A DNA stretch of 64,000 nt from Pristiophorus japonicus (Eukaryota): the NCBI RefSeq assembly GCF_044704955.1, contig NC_091988.1, positions 197,904,001 through 197,968,000 of the forward strand, written 5' to 3'. Position 1 is the first letter of the stretch; every line of letters begins with the position of its first letter. Both the position numbers and the translations under genes were made by a program. Below the pieces are notes generated by a model. It searched no databases and was not told where the DNA came from. It was given only the letters and a program-made list of their open reading frames with translations. Shown here piece by piece: positions 13,380 to 25,064 of this stretch.

Positions 13380-14215
13380 GATGAACTTGTGCTCATCCAA
13401 AATTCTGCCACCCGTGTCCAAATCGCACCAAGTCCCATTCACCCATCACCTCCTGTGCTCGCTGACCTACATTGGCTCCCAGTCAGGCAAATCCTCCATT
13501 TTAAAATTCTCATCCTTGTATTCAAATCCCTCCATGGCCTCACCCCCTCCCTATCTCTGTAATCTCCCCCAGCCCCACAACCAATGTTCCCTGTAAGCCG
13601 TGAGGCTGTGCAGCAATCTGAGAGGTCCCACGCAGGTGGCTCACTGCGTTTCCATTGTAAATACTCTGTGTGCGCAGGAATTTAAAAGGGTCCGCGCATT
13701 AAAAAAAAACAGGCCGCACAAAACAAAGTGCAGTTCATAACCCGCCAAGATCTCTGTGCTCCTCCAATTCTGGGCTCTTGCATATTCCCACTCTTCATCA
13801 TTCCACCATTGGTGGCCGTGCCTTCAGCTGCCTGGGCCCCAGGCTCTCAAATTCCCTCCCTATAAACCTCTCTACCTCTCTCTCCTCCTTCAAGATGCTC
13901 CTTAAAACCTAACTCTTTGACCAAGCTTTAGGTGCCTGGCTTCTTGTGCATCCCCGATTTCAATCGCTCCACCATTGGCAGCTGTGCTTTCAACTGCCTG
14001 GGCCCGAAGCTCTGGAATTCCCTTTCTAAACCTCTGTACCGCTCTCTCCTCCTTTAAGATGCTCCTTAAAACCTACCTCTTTGATCAAGCTTTTGGTCAT
14101 CTGCCCTAACAGCTCCTTATGTAACTCAATGTCAAATTTTGTTTAATAATGCTCCTCTGAGCCTTGGAGCATGTTACTACGTTAAACGTGCGGTATAAAT
14201 GCAAGTTGCTGTTGT
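13380..14215 (+). mobile_element. L2 LINE 3' fragments (partly duplicated, with a MITE-like insert at ~13582-13735)
   Basis: IQNSATRV...PVLADLHWLPVRQILHFKILILVFKSLHGLTP is the L2 ORF2 C-terminus; tail tataaatgcaagttgctgttg. Confidence 0.85.
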
Positions 14216-14249
14216 ATCCAGAAACACGCATTCAGTAAGAAGGGACCAG

Positions 14250-14598
14250 GAATCCCAAGGCTGTAAGTTCAAATCCCACTGCAACAAGGTATGAAATTGA
14301 ATTCAATAAATCTGGTGATTTGTGAGGTGTCACGAGAAAAATAATGACCATTAAAGTTGGCAGATTGTCATAAAGGCACATCTAGTTTGTTGATTCTCTT
14401 CAGGAAAAAGATTCCACTACCCCTACCTAGTCTGGCCTACACTCAAATTACAGTCCCCACAATGTGGTTGACTCTTAATGTCCCAATTCGCCCGGCAAGC
14501 CATTCAATTGTAAAAACAATCGGTACTTCATTGAAGAAGGTCCATCGCTAGCTTCTTAGGGCAATTAGGGATGGGAACAAATGTCAGCCGTGCCAACA
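14250..14598 (+). mobile_element. Older tRNA-derived SINE of a second family
   Basis: B-box gttcaaatcccac; its 3' end (agggcaattagggatggg) resembles the LINE end at 28384-28780. Confidence 0.5.
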
Positions 14599-14599
14599 T

Positions 14600-15053
14600 T
14601 GTCAGCCGTAGCTCATTGGGCAGCACTCTCGCCTCTGAGTCAGAAGGTTGTGGGTTTAAGTCCCACTCTGGGACTTGAGCACAAAAAATCTAAACTGACA
14701 CTCCCAGTGCAGAGCAGAGGTGTCGTCTTTCGGATGAGACTTTAAACCGAGGCTCCGTCTGCTCTCTCAGGTAGCCGTAAAAGATCCTATGGCACTATTT
14801 TGAAGAAGAGCAGGGGAGTTATCCCTGGTGTCCTGGCCAATATTTATCCTTCAATCAATATTACTAAGCAAGCAGATTATCTGGTCATTATCACTTTGCT
14901 GTTTGTGGGAACTTGCTTGTGCGCAAATTGGCTGCCGCGTTTCCTACATTACCACAGTGACGGCACTCCAAAAAGTACTTCATTAGCTGTAAAGCGCTTT
15001 GAGACGTCCAGTGATTGTGAAAGACGCTATATAATTGCAAGTCTTTCTTTCTT
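14600..15053 (+). mobile_element. SacSINE1-like DeuSINE
   Basis: Head, core and tail as in the other copies. Confidence 0.85.
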
Positions 15054-15330
15054 TAACATCATGGACATCCTGAGAACAACATTTAAAAAATTGTCTTCCT
15101 TCTATGTCCCAATTTAAAAAAAAAATTATGGTGCAGTTTTAAGATGCAAGATGACTGTCCATAGGATCCTTCAGGCTACATATGTGCAGCTTCTAATGTA
15201 TAACAGCCAGTGTCCAAGGCCTAACTAAATTAATTAAAATATGATGTTATCAGTTTTTAGATTTGTCTATCGGTCCATATTACAAGTCTTGCATATAGTA
15301 CATGTCACATACACACTTCATTGCTACGTT

Positions 15331-15828
15331 CATAGAATCATAGAACGGTTACAGCACGGTAGGAGGCCATTCGGCCCATCGAGCCTGTGCCAGCTCTCTG
15401 CAAGATCACCTCAGCCAGTCCCACTCCCCCGCCCTTTCCCCGTAGCCCTGCAAATTATTTTCCTTCAGGTACTTATCCAATTCCCTTTTGAAAGCCATGA
15501 TTGAGTCTGCCTCCACCACCCTCTCCGGCAGCGCATTCCAGATCCTAACCACTCGCTGCATAAAACAGTTTTCCCTCATGTTGCCTTTGGTTCTTTTGCC
15601 AATCGCCTTAAATCTGTGTCCTCTGGTTCTCGACCCTTCCGCCAATGGGAACAGTTTCTCTCGATCTACTCTGTCCAGGCCCCTCATGATTTTGAACACC
15701 TCTATCAAATCTCCTCTCAACCTTCGCTGCTCCAAGGAGAACAACCCCAGCTTCTCCAGTCTATCCCCGTCACTGAAGTCCCTCATCCCTGGAATCATTC
15801 TTGTACATCTTTTGTGCATCCTCTCTAA
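15331..15828 (-). mobile_element. CR1 3' fragment
   Basis: TRMIPGMRDFS...WNALPERVVEADSIMAFKRELDKYL; tail ttctatgattctatg. Confidence 0.9.
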
Positions 15829-15847
15829 ACCTTTGCTAAGGTCCCTG

Positions 15848-15881
<34 letters not shown>

Positions 15882-15912
15882 CCTCCCAGTCTCTGCCGAA
15901 GCTGAAGTCCCA

Positions 15913-17670
15913 GGGCCTGCACTTGGTGGCCTTACCGCCTGCTGCCACCGGCTGCCGCCGAGTTTTTGCATCGCTCTCCCCTCGGTGACAGATTCCTCTA
16001 GCTCTGCTGCCGGTGGGAAGGGAGGACCGCTGGGAACTGCCCGTTAGCGACTCAGTCGCGTAAGTGACCTCTCGCCCGCCGAGCTAGCAGATTCCTCCGG
16101 GCGGGAGTCGACGGCAGCAGCGGGACATGGATTGAGAACTGGTTGTCAGACAGGAAGCAAAGAGTAGGAGTAAATGGGTACTTTTCAGAATGGCAGGCAG
16201 TGACTAGTGGGGTACCGCAAGGTTCTGTGCTGGGGCCCCAGCTGTTTACATTGTACATTAATGATTTAGACGAGGAGATTAAATGTAGTATCTCCAAATT
16301 TGCGGATGACACTAAGTTGGGTGGCAGTGTGAGCTGCGAGGAGGATGCTATGAGGCTGCAGAGTGACTTGGATAGGTTAGGTGAGTGGGAAAATGCATGG
16401 CAGATGAAGTATAATGTGGATAAATGTGAGGTTATCCACTTTGGTGGTAAAAACAGAGAGACAGACTATTATCTGAATGGTGACAGATTAGGAAAAAGGG
16501 AGGTGCAAAGAGACCTGGGTGTCATGGTACATCAGTCATTGAAGGTTGGCATGCAGGTACAGCAGGCGGTTAAGAAAGCAAATGGCATGTTGGCCTTCAT
16601 AGCGAGGGGATTTGAGTACAGGGGCAGGGAGGTGTTGCTACAGTTGTACAGGGCCTTGGTGAGGCCACACCTGGAGTATTGTGTACAGTTTTGGTCTCCT
16701 AACCTGAGGAAGGACATTCTTGTTATTGAGGGAGTGCAGCGAAGGTTCACCAGACTGATTCCCGGGATGGTGGGACTGACCTATCAAGAAAGACTGGATC
16801 AACTGGGCTTGTATTCACTGGAGTTCAGAAGAATGAGAGGGGACCTCATAGAAACGTTTAAAATTCTGACGGGGTTAGACAGGTTAGATGCAGGAAGAAT
16901 GTTCCCAATGTTGGGGAAGTCCAGAACCAGGGGACACAGTCTAAGGATAAGGAGGAAGCCATTTAGGACTGAGATGAGGAGGAATTTCTTCACCCAGAGA
17001 GTGGTGAACCTATGGAATTCTCTACCACAGAAAGTTGTTGAGGCCAATTCACTAAATATATTCAAAAAGGAGTTAGATGAAGTCCTTACTACTAGGGGGA
17101 TCAAGGGGTATGGCGAGAAAGCAGGAATGGGGTACTGAAGTTGCATGTTCAGCCATGAACTCATTGAATGGCGGTGCAGGCTAGAAGGGCCGAATGGCCT
17201 ACTCCTGCACCTATTTTCTATGTTTCTATGTTTCTATGAAGGACCGGTGTGTGGACTAACCCCGATGGCAAGTATGAAGACTTGCAAAAAAAAGTTGGTG
17301 AACTTCTTTTATTTATTTTTTTCCAGCGATTTATGTGGATGGGCTCCCCTGAAAGTTTTCTATTGGGTTTTTTCTATTTTTTTAAATTAAATTAATTTTT
17401 TAAAAATCTGTACACCACCCCCCCCCCCCCCCCCCCCCACCCCCCGCTCCCTGGGCCTGACTCAATCCTCGGCTGCACTTTGGCCAGGATCACATTTGCT
17501 GCCGAGATTGGGAGCTCCCGCTCGCTGCCGCACAGCGTAAGTCGTTTTCTTCCCGTTGGGCGGTACTGGGAAATCTGTTAGAGGAATCTCCCTGGCAAAG
17601 TACCGCCCGGTCTCTCGGCGGTCCTCCGCCGTTCTTTGGGTGGCACTTGGCTTTGACCAAGTTCGGGCCC
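15913..17670. mobile_element. PIF/Harbinger-like MITE, interrupted by CR1
   Basis: TIRs gggcctgcacttggt / accaagttcgggccc; 3-bp TSD cca (15910-12 and 17671-73); removing it restores the flanking CT-rich repeat. Confidence 0.65.
16124..17238 (+). mobile_element. Young 5'-truncated CR1 with an uninterrupted RT C-terminal frame
   Basis: 331-aa ORF 16143-17138 ([17 protein letters not shown]); (ttctatgt)n tail. Confidence 0.95.
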
Positions 17671-17965
17671 CCAGTCTCTCTGGTCTCTGTCTTCGCTAAT
17701 TTCTCTGTCTCTCTCTCCCCCAATCTCTCTCCCTCCCAATCTCCCAATCTCCCTGTCAGCTGAGTTCCTAGTCTCTCTCCCTCCTGGTCTCTGTCTTCGC
17801 TAATTTCTCTGTCTCTCTCTGTCTCCCAATCTCTCTCCCTCCCAGTCTCTGCCTTAGCTAAGCTCCCAGTCTCTCTGTCACTTGGTCTCTGCCTTAGCTA
17901 ATTTCTCTGTCTCTCTCTCTCTCCCAGTCCCTGCCTTTGCTAAGTTCCCCTGTTCCTCCCTCTCA
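17671..17965. repeat. Degenerate CT-rich tandem repeat (continues at 15829-15912)
   Basis: Recurring ctctg(t/c)ctt(c/a)gctaa(tt/g)...ctctctctccctcccagt units on both sides of the MITE. Confidence 0.75.
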
Positions 17966-18340
17966 CATTTCCTTGTTGACAGATCGCTGGGAGGGGAGGG
18001 CGTGAGAACGAACCGCGTGTTGAGCAGATGGGAGCAGGAGAATGCAAACAGAGGCAGGGCGCCGGGACCTTGGAGACAGAGGCGGTGGTGGGGCAGAGAG
18101 AGGCCGGGAGAGAGAGAGCCAGTCAACTAGCGCCCTGCACCGACCCTCGCTCGGCACGATGTCCGGGGACTCCGCGCTGTCCGCACAGCACTGCCGGACA
18201 CACTGCAGTAAGTAGCCGGGGCTGCGCTCCAGGGTAGCTGGCTGCCAATCTCGCACCAGCCGCTGCCACATAAACCTAAGCTGGGGTGGGTGGGAAGTCC
18301 CAGTAACACTCAAACTCAGGGAGGGAAAGGGTCCAATTTA

Positions 18341-18932
18341 TGGCCATTGCACAGTGATCACTCTGTGAAACTGACCATTGCACAGTGGTCACTCTGTGAA
18401 ACTGACCATTGCACAGTGGTCACTCTGTGAAACTGACCATTGCACAGTGATCACTCTGTGAAACTGACCATTGCACAGTGGTCACTCTGTGAAACTGACC
18501 ATTGCACAGTGATCACTCTGTGAAACTGACCATTGCACAGTGGTCACTCTGTGAAACTGACCATTGCACAGTGGTCACTCTGTGAAACTGGCCATTGCAC
18601 AGTGATCACTCTGTGAAACTGACCATTGCACAGTGGTCACTCTGTGAAACTGACCATTGCAAACTGACCATTGCACAGTGGTCACTCTGTGAAACTGACC
18701 ATTGCACAGTGGTCACTCTGTGAAACTGGCCATTGCACAGTGATCACTCTGTGAAACTGACCATTGCACAGTGGTCACTCTGTGAAACTGGCCATTGCAC
18801 AGTGATCACTCTGTGAAACTGACCATTGCACAGTGGTCACTCTGTGAAACTGACCATTGCACAGTGGTCACTCTGTGAAACTGGCCATTGCACAGTGGTC
18901 ACTCTGTGAAACTGGCCATTGCACAGTGGTCA
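18341..18932. repeat. 31-bp minisatellite, about 19 copies
   Basis: Unit ccattgcacagtg(g/a)tcactctgtgaaactg(a/g); one truncated unit at ~18660. Confidence 0.97.
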
Positions 18933-19571
18933 GTCCCTATGATGAAAGCGGTCATTTCAACCTCCCACTCCGTGGCGACTGTGATTTGCAGCTGGCAGTT
19001 ATACTGCAGGCTACACTATGCTCTTTTCGGCCCTCAAGTACTTCAAAAAGTACTTAATTGACTGCAAAGTGCTTTGGGATGTCCTGAGGTCATTAACTCT
19101 TATTGATAAGGATGATTAAATCATCATACGGAAACGCTTAAACCATAAATGTCCCCTTTTTAGAAGGGCACAAACATAAGTTCCAAATTATGACAAAACT
19201 AACAAATAAAAACGCAATCAAATTATAATTGTATTCCCTTTATCCACAATGCCTTTCGATTTTTTGGACTCATGGGGAATCAAGAGATATGAGGATCAGG
19301 CGGGAAAGTGGAGTTGAGGTTGAAGATCAGCCGTGGTCTTATTGAATGGCTCGAGGGGCCGAATGGCCAACTCCTGCTCCAGTTCTTATGTTCTAAATGC
19401 ACTCCAGTCCCTCCAGTATCCACCGGTCATGGAAAGCCTCAAGCTTACCTGTGGACACAGCGTGCTCCCTCTCCAGAGACACCCCCTTGAGGGACAAGTG
19501 GTGAGCTGAAATAAAGATTTGAAGCACGGATTTTTAGCAGGGTGATACCAGACACGAGAGAATATTTTGTT

Positions 19572-20075
19572 CAGCCTTCAGCTGCCTGGGCCCTAGGCTC
19601 TGGAACTCCCTCCTTAAACTGCTCCGCTTCTCTCTCCTCCTTAAAACCTACCTCTTTAACCAAGCTTTTGGTCACCTGCCCTGAAACATAGAAAATAGGT
19701 GCAGAAGTAGGCCATTCGGCCCTTCGAGCCTGCACCACCATTCAATAAGATCATGGCTGATCATTCACCTCAGTACCCCTTTCCTGCTTTCTCTCCATAC
19801 CCCTTGATCCCTTTAGCCGTAAGGGCCATATCTAACTCTCTCTTGAATATATCCAACGCACTGGCCTCAACAACTCTCTGTGGCAGGGAATTCCACAACT
19901 CTCTGAGTGAAGAAGTTTCTCCTCATCTCAGTCCTAAATGGCCTACCCCTTATCCTAAGACTGTGTCCCCTGGTTCTGGACTTCCCCTTCTGTGGCTCAG
20001 TATCAAAATTTGTATTGTTAAGCACCTTGGGATGGTTTACTACATTAAAGGCGCTATATAAATGCAAGTTGTTGA
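19572..20075 (+). mobile_element. L2 3' end split by a minus-strand CR1 fragment (19684-19988)
   Basis: L2 tail breaks at ggtcacctgccct and resumes at tgtggctcagtatcaaaattt after the CR1 3' fragment. Confidence 0.8.
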
Positions 20076-20321
20076 TATAGGAATAATGAGAGGCATAACA
20101 ATACTTCTGTTGTATTCAGTGAGGGAGATGAAAGGGAATGTAGTGTTCCGATTGTGGGAAAACTTTAGCGGGAAATATTGAACTCTGTTGACTGGTTGGT
20201 GAATTGGTAACAAGGGGAGTAGCAACTCAGAATTGGAACTAAAAGCACGAAGGGGAAAGTTACAAGCATTTTTTCAGGCAAAAAGCTATCAGTATAAGGC
20301 AAGTCAAAAGGTAATTAAATG

Positions 20322-20722
20322 AACATAAGAACATAAGAAATAGGAGCAGGAGTAGGTCATTTGGCCCCTCGAGCCTGCTCCGCCATTCAATAAGATTATG
20401 GCTGATCTGATCATGGACTCAACTCCACTTCCCCACCCGCTCCCCATAACCCTTGACTCCCTTAGCATTCAAAAATCTGTCTATCCCCACCTTAAATATA
20501 TTCAATGACCCAGCCTCCACTGCTCTCTGGGGTAGAGAATTCCAAAGATTCATGACCCTCTGAGAGAAGAAATTCTTCCTCATCTCCGTCTTAAATGGGC
20601 GACCCCTTATTCTGAAACTATGCCCCTAGCTCTAGATTCCCCCACAAGGGGAAACATCCTCTCTGCATCTACCTTGTCAATCCCCCTCAGAAACTTATAC
20701 TTTTCAATAAGATCACCTCTCA
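20322..20722 (-). mobile_element. CR1 3' fragment
   Basis: RGDLIEKYKFLRGIDKVDAERMFPLVGESR; (ttcttatg)n tail. Confidence 0.85.
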
Positions 20723-20777
20723 TTTGTGAAGAAAGAGCATGGGGGCAAGAGCAGTCATGTCCAAGAGGTGCAATAAC

Positions 20778-21145
20778 AACATCTTGCATTTTTATAGCAC
20801 CTTTCCAAAGCACTTTACAGCCAATGAAGTACTTTTGGAGTGTAATCACTGTTATAATGTAGGAAACATGGCAGCCAATTTGCACACAGCAAGCTCCGAC
20901 AAAGAGCAATGTGATAATGACCAGGTGATTTTGATTGAGGGATAAATATTGGCCAGGACACCGGGGATAACTCCCCTGTTCTTCTTCAAATTAGTGGCCA
21001 TAGGATCTTTTACGTCCACCTGAGAGAGCAGACAGGGCCTAGGTTTAAAGTCTCATTCAAAAGACGACACCACCGACAGTGCAGCTCTCCCTCAGCACTG
21101 CACTGGAGTGTCAGCCTAGATTTTTGTGCTCAAGTCCCTGAAGTG
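20778..21145 (-). mobile_element. SacSINE1-like DeuSINE (5' truncated)
   Basis: Deu core and tail on the reverse strand. Confidence 0.8.
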
Positions 21146-21167
21146 ACAACCATTGGAGGTTGGATAG

Positions 21168-21550
21168 ATCATTATCATCATCATTGGCAGTCCCTCGGAA
21201 TCGAGGAAGACTTGCTTCCACTCCCAAAGTGAGTTCTGATGGCTGAACAGTCCAATACGAGAGTCACAGACCCTGTCATAGGTAGGACAGACATTCGTTG
21301 AGGGAAGGAGTGGGTGGGACTGGTTTGCCACATGCTCTTTCCGCTGCCTGCGCTTGACCTCTTCACGCTCTTTGCCCTCTCAACGCCCTCCTGGATGCAC
21401 TTTCTCCACCTCAGGCAGTCTTCCGCCAGGGTCTCCCAGGTGTCAGTGGCGATGTCGCACTTTAGCAGGGAAGCTTTGAGGGTGTCCTTGTAACATTTCC
21501 GCTGCCCACTTTTGGCTCGTTTACCATGAAGGAGCTCTGCATAAAGCATT
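21168..21550 (-). mobile_element. RTE-clade LINE 3' fragment
   Basis: LYAELLHGKRAKSGQRKCYKDTLKASL...WETLAED; (atg)n tail. Confidence 0.85.
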
Positions 21551-21779
21551 CGATAGAATCCAACTCCTGACAGCCTGTTGGGGTAACCCCATGTGCTATG
21601 TTTTTTGTAGAATTATTTCTGATGATCTAGTATAGGGAGGTCCAAGCTTTTGCCTTTGTGCATCACACAGATGCATCTTGGAGACACATGTAAAGTATTA
21701 ACCCACGGTCCCATTAATTTACATATATCTCAATTGGCTGGGTCTTGGTGTTCTGAAATAGGATTTATTCACCAATTAA

Positions 21780-22200
21780 AACATAGGAACAGTAGGAACA
21801 GGAGGAGGCCATTCAGTTCCTCGGGCCTGCTCTGCCATTCAATTAGATCTTGGCCGGTCTGTGCCTCATCCCCATTTACCCGCCTTTGTTCCATATCCCT
21901 TGATACCCTTACACAACTAAAATCCACCAATCTCAGTCCTGAAAGCTCCAATTATCCCGCAGCATCCACAGTCTTTCAGGGAAGAGAGTTCCAGATTCCC
22001 ACTACCCTTTGTGTGATGAAAGTGCTTCCTGATTTCACACCTGAATGGCCTGGCTCTAATTTTAACATTATGCCCCCCTCGTTCTTGATTCCTCCACCAG
22101 AGGAAATCGTTTCTCAGTGTCTACTCTCTCAAATATTCCATCTGATCAGCTCTCAATCTTCTATACTCATGGGAATGCAAGCCAGGCTTATGCAACTAAT
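21780..22200 (-). mobile_element. Old CR1 3' fragment
   Basis: Degenerate CR1 3' UTR (gatctaattgaatggcagagcagg) and WNSLP region. Confidence 0.7.
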
Positions 22201-22984
22201 GAGACAACAGCATGAAAAACAGGACTTTCCAAACTTTCAGAGTCATGAAATTCAAACAGGCCAAACCTACCAAACAAGAAACCCAAGCACAAATTGGATT
22301 GAGGTGCCTGGGGTTCAGGGGATGGACTGCCAAGGCGTGGGGCCTCAAGTGGCCTTGGGGTCTCCAGTTGGACACTCTGGTCAAGAGAGGAGAGGAGCGG
22401 AGAGGAGAGAGCTACAGATACCTAGTGGTCTATTATGTGCCCGTTACCTCTACTGGAGTGGTTAGCGATGGAGGGTGGTGTGAGAGGATCTATATTTGAT
22501 CCTTGGAAATGCAGAGGTCGATATACATCTATTTTATATAGTAGCCCAGTGGAGGGAGGAAGTTGATGATACATCCCTGTACTCCGGAAGCTCGTGATTA
22601 CTGGCTGCCGGACTTGGAATAGGAATTTGTCTTCTGTGAATACCCAAATTACTGAAGCAGAATGTTGGAAGAAAATCAACTTTGTACTACATTAAGTAGC
22701 ATCACAAAGTCCACCCACCTTTCCTGTGGTTAAGAAGCCAATTAGATCTGATGCGATATTCAACAGTGGGTTAACATAGATCCTAACTAACACAAAGAGC
22801 TGTTAATCTGCTGTAGTGTCAATAACAGAAAAATGGTGCAATAAAAGCAAAAACAAAATGGTGGAAATGCACAGCAGCTCCATCAGCATCCAACTGACAA
22901 AAGGTTGGTTTGGGACAGACTTCATCATAACTCCGCCCACAAAATTCACCTTTAGTCAACAACTGATGGTCTTTCTCTGTTTTA

Positions 22985-24002
22985 CCCAGTATTTACAGCA
23001 CAAAAGCAGACATTTGGCCTAGCTGATCCATACCAGCCTCCTCCCACCCCTCTCCATCTCACCCCATCAACATAGCCTTCTATTCCTTTCTCCCTCATGT
23101 GTTTATCCAGCTTCCCCTTAAATGCATCGATACTATTTGTTATGTATGTAAAATTTACAATTGTGTAAGACTTGCCACCAGGGGGGCGCACCTGTTGGAG
23201 ACCCAAGGGTCACCTGCACACCCTGGGCAAGCAGGTATAAAAGGCAGTCTACCATGCTGCTTCCTGACTCTGGAGTTACATTAAAGAGACCAAGGTCACA
23301 ACAGTTTGAGCTTACAGTATACAGTCTTGTGGAGTTATTCTGAAACATAGAAAATAGGTGCAGGAGTAGGCCATTCGGCCCTTCGAGCCTGCATCACCAT
23401 TCAATATGATCATGGCAGATCATTCACTTCAGTACCCCATTCCTGCTTTCTCTCCATACCCCTTAATCCCTTTAGCCATTAGGACCACATCTAACTCCCT
23501 TTTGAATATATCTAACGAACTGGCCTCAACAACTTTCTGTGGTAGAGAATTCCACAGGTTCACAATTCTCTGAGTGAAGAAGTTTCTCCTCATCTCGGTC
23601 CTAAATGGCCTACCCCTTATCCTTAGACTGTGACCCCTGGTTCTGGACTTCCCCAACATCGGGACATAACACTATTCGCCTCAACCACTCCCTGTGGTAG
23701 CGAGTTCCACATTCTCACCAGTCTCCTGAATTCCCTATGGGATTTATTCGTAACTGTCTTATATTTATGGCCCCGAGTTCTGGTCTCCCCCATAAGTGGA
23801 AATATCTTCTCTACAGTTGTCAAACCCCTTCATAATTTTAAAGCTAGATCAGGTCACCCCTCAGCCTCTTTTCTAGAGAAAAGAGCCCCAGCTCAGGTAT
23901 AACCTCTCAGTCTGGCAGCATCCTTGTAAATCTTTTTTGCACCTTCTCCAGTGCCTCTATACCCTTTTTATAATATGGAGACTAGAACTGTGCACAGTAT
24001 AG
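22985..24002 (-). mobile_element. CR1 3' fragment hosting a solo LTR
   Basis: aaatgcatcgatactatt|cgcctcaaccactccctgtgg is contiguous CR1 sequence (compare 12265-12302) once the LTR is removed. Confidence 0.8.
23138..23671 (+). mobile_element. Solo LTR, itself interrupted by a young minus-strand CR1 (~23342-23664)
   Basis: Termini tgttatgt...acataaca; 5-bp TSD ctatt (23133-37 and 23672-76); internal tataaaa and attaaa signals. Confidence 0.85.
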
Positions 24003-24401
24003 TTTCAAGCACTTTCTGTTTTCTATAATGATTAATCTCCTCTTGGTGTAGGTGAATTATTAGCTCTATAATAATAGTGTTGAAACCTTTGGGCTCAGTG
24101 ACATATCCCTGATCTAAATTATATTTATGGAACACGCAGGAGTAGATTAGAACCAGATAGAAAATACGTTACTGTTTGGACAGGCAGTGAAATGTTCCCT
24201 TACACAAACCCTGCAGCAATGGTTTGATTGGAACCTATAATCCAAACCTCACTGAAGCACACTGTGCCACACTCACTGTCCAATCCTAAACACTCATCCT
24301 GACTTAAACACCGAAGAACAAAAATTGCAAGAACAAAATAATTATTTTATTTTTACAACAAATAATCCAGAGATATGTGAAGAGCATTAGAATATAGATA
24401 A

Positions 24402-24842
24402 AAAGAAAGAAAGGCTTGCATTTATATAGCGCCTTTCACAATCATTGGATGTCCCAAAGCGCTTTACAGGTAATGAAGTACTTTTGGAGTGTAGTCACTG
24501 TTGTAATGTGGGAAATGCGGCGGCCAATTCACGCACAGCAAGCTCCCAGAAACACCAATGTGGTAATGACCAGATAATCTGTTTTAGTGATGTTGATTGA
24601 GGATAAATATTGCACAGGATACCAGAGATATCTCCTTCTGCTCTTATTCAAAATAGTGCTGTGAGATCTTTCACGTCTACCTGATGGGGCAGATGGGGGT
24701 CTCGGTTTAATTACCGACAGTGCAGCGCTCCCTCAGCACTGCACTGGAGTGCCAGACTAATTTTTTGTGCTCAAAGTTCCTGGAGTGGGATTTAAACCCA
24801 CAACTTCTGAGTCAGAGGTGAGGGTGCTACCCATGGAGCTAG
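24402..24842 (-). mobile_element. SacSINE1-like DeuSINE
   Basis: Head-to-tail match on the reverse strand. Confidence 0.85.
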
Positions 24843-25064
24843 GGCATAGCGTTTGCAGTATTGTCAAATGGGAAACTTCTGTGTAATGTGCTTTACCAAG
24901 TTTGAAAATGGAAAAGCACACAATGAAGTAATGGTGATAAAATAACATAATCACCTCACACTTCTGTCTGCCAAAAAAGATGTTTCAAAGTTCAGGCACA
25001 ATTCCATCTGGACTCCGGGAAAAGACATGTTTAGCAATTGGTTTCTGCTGCAGAACAAATTCTC

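Noticed and set aside
18341-18932. CRISPR-like or functional RSS array
   Set aside because: Units are directly adjacent with no unique spacers, there are no cas genes and the context is eukaryotic; there are no nonamers or V/J segments.
21650-22465. 271-aa plus-strand ORF
   Set aside because: Runs antisense through an old CR1 fragment; no recognisable domain.
22805-22895. Minus-strand signal-peptide-like MLMELLCISTILFLLLLHHFSVIDTTAD as a MATN4 first coding exon
   Set aside because: Ends in a stop with no donor site, and overlaps a degraded Penelope-type tail (aaaacaaaatggtggaaatgcacagcag).
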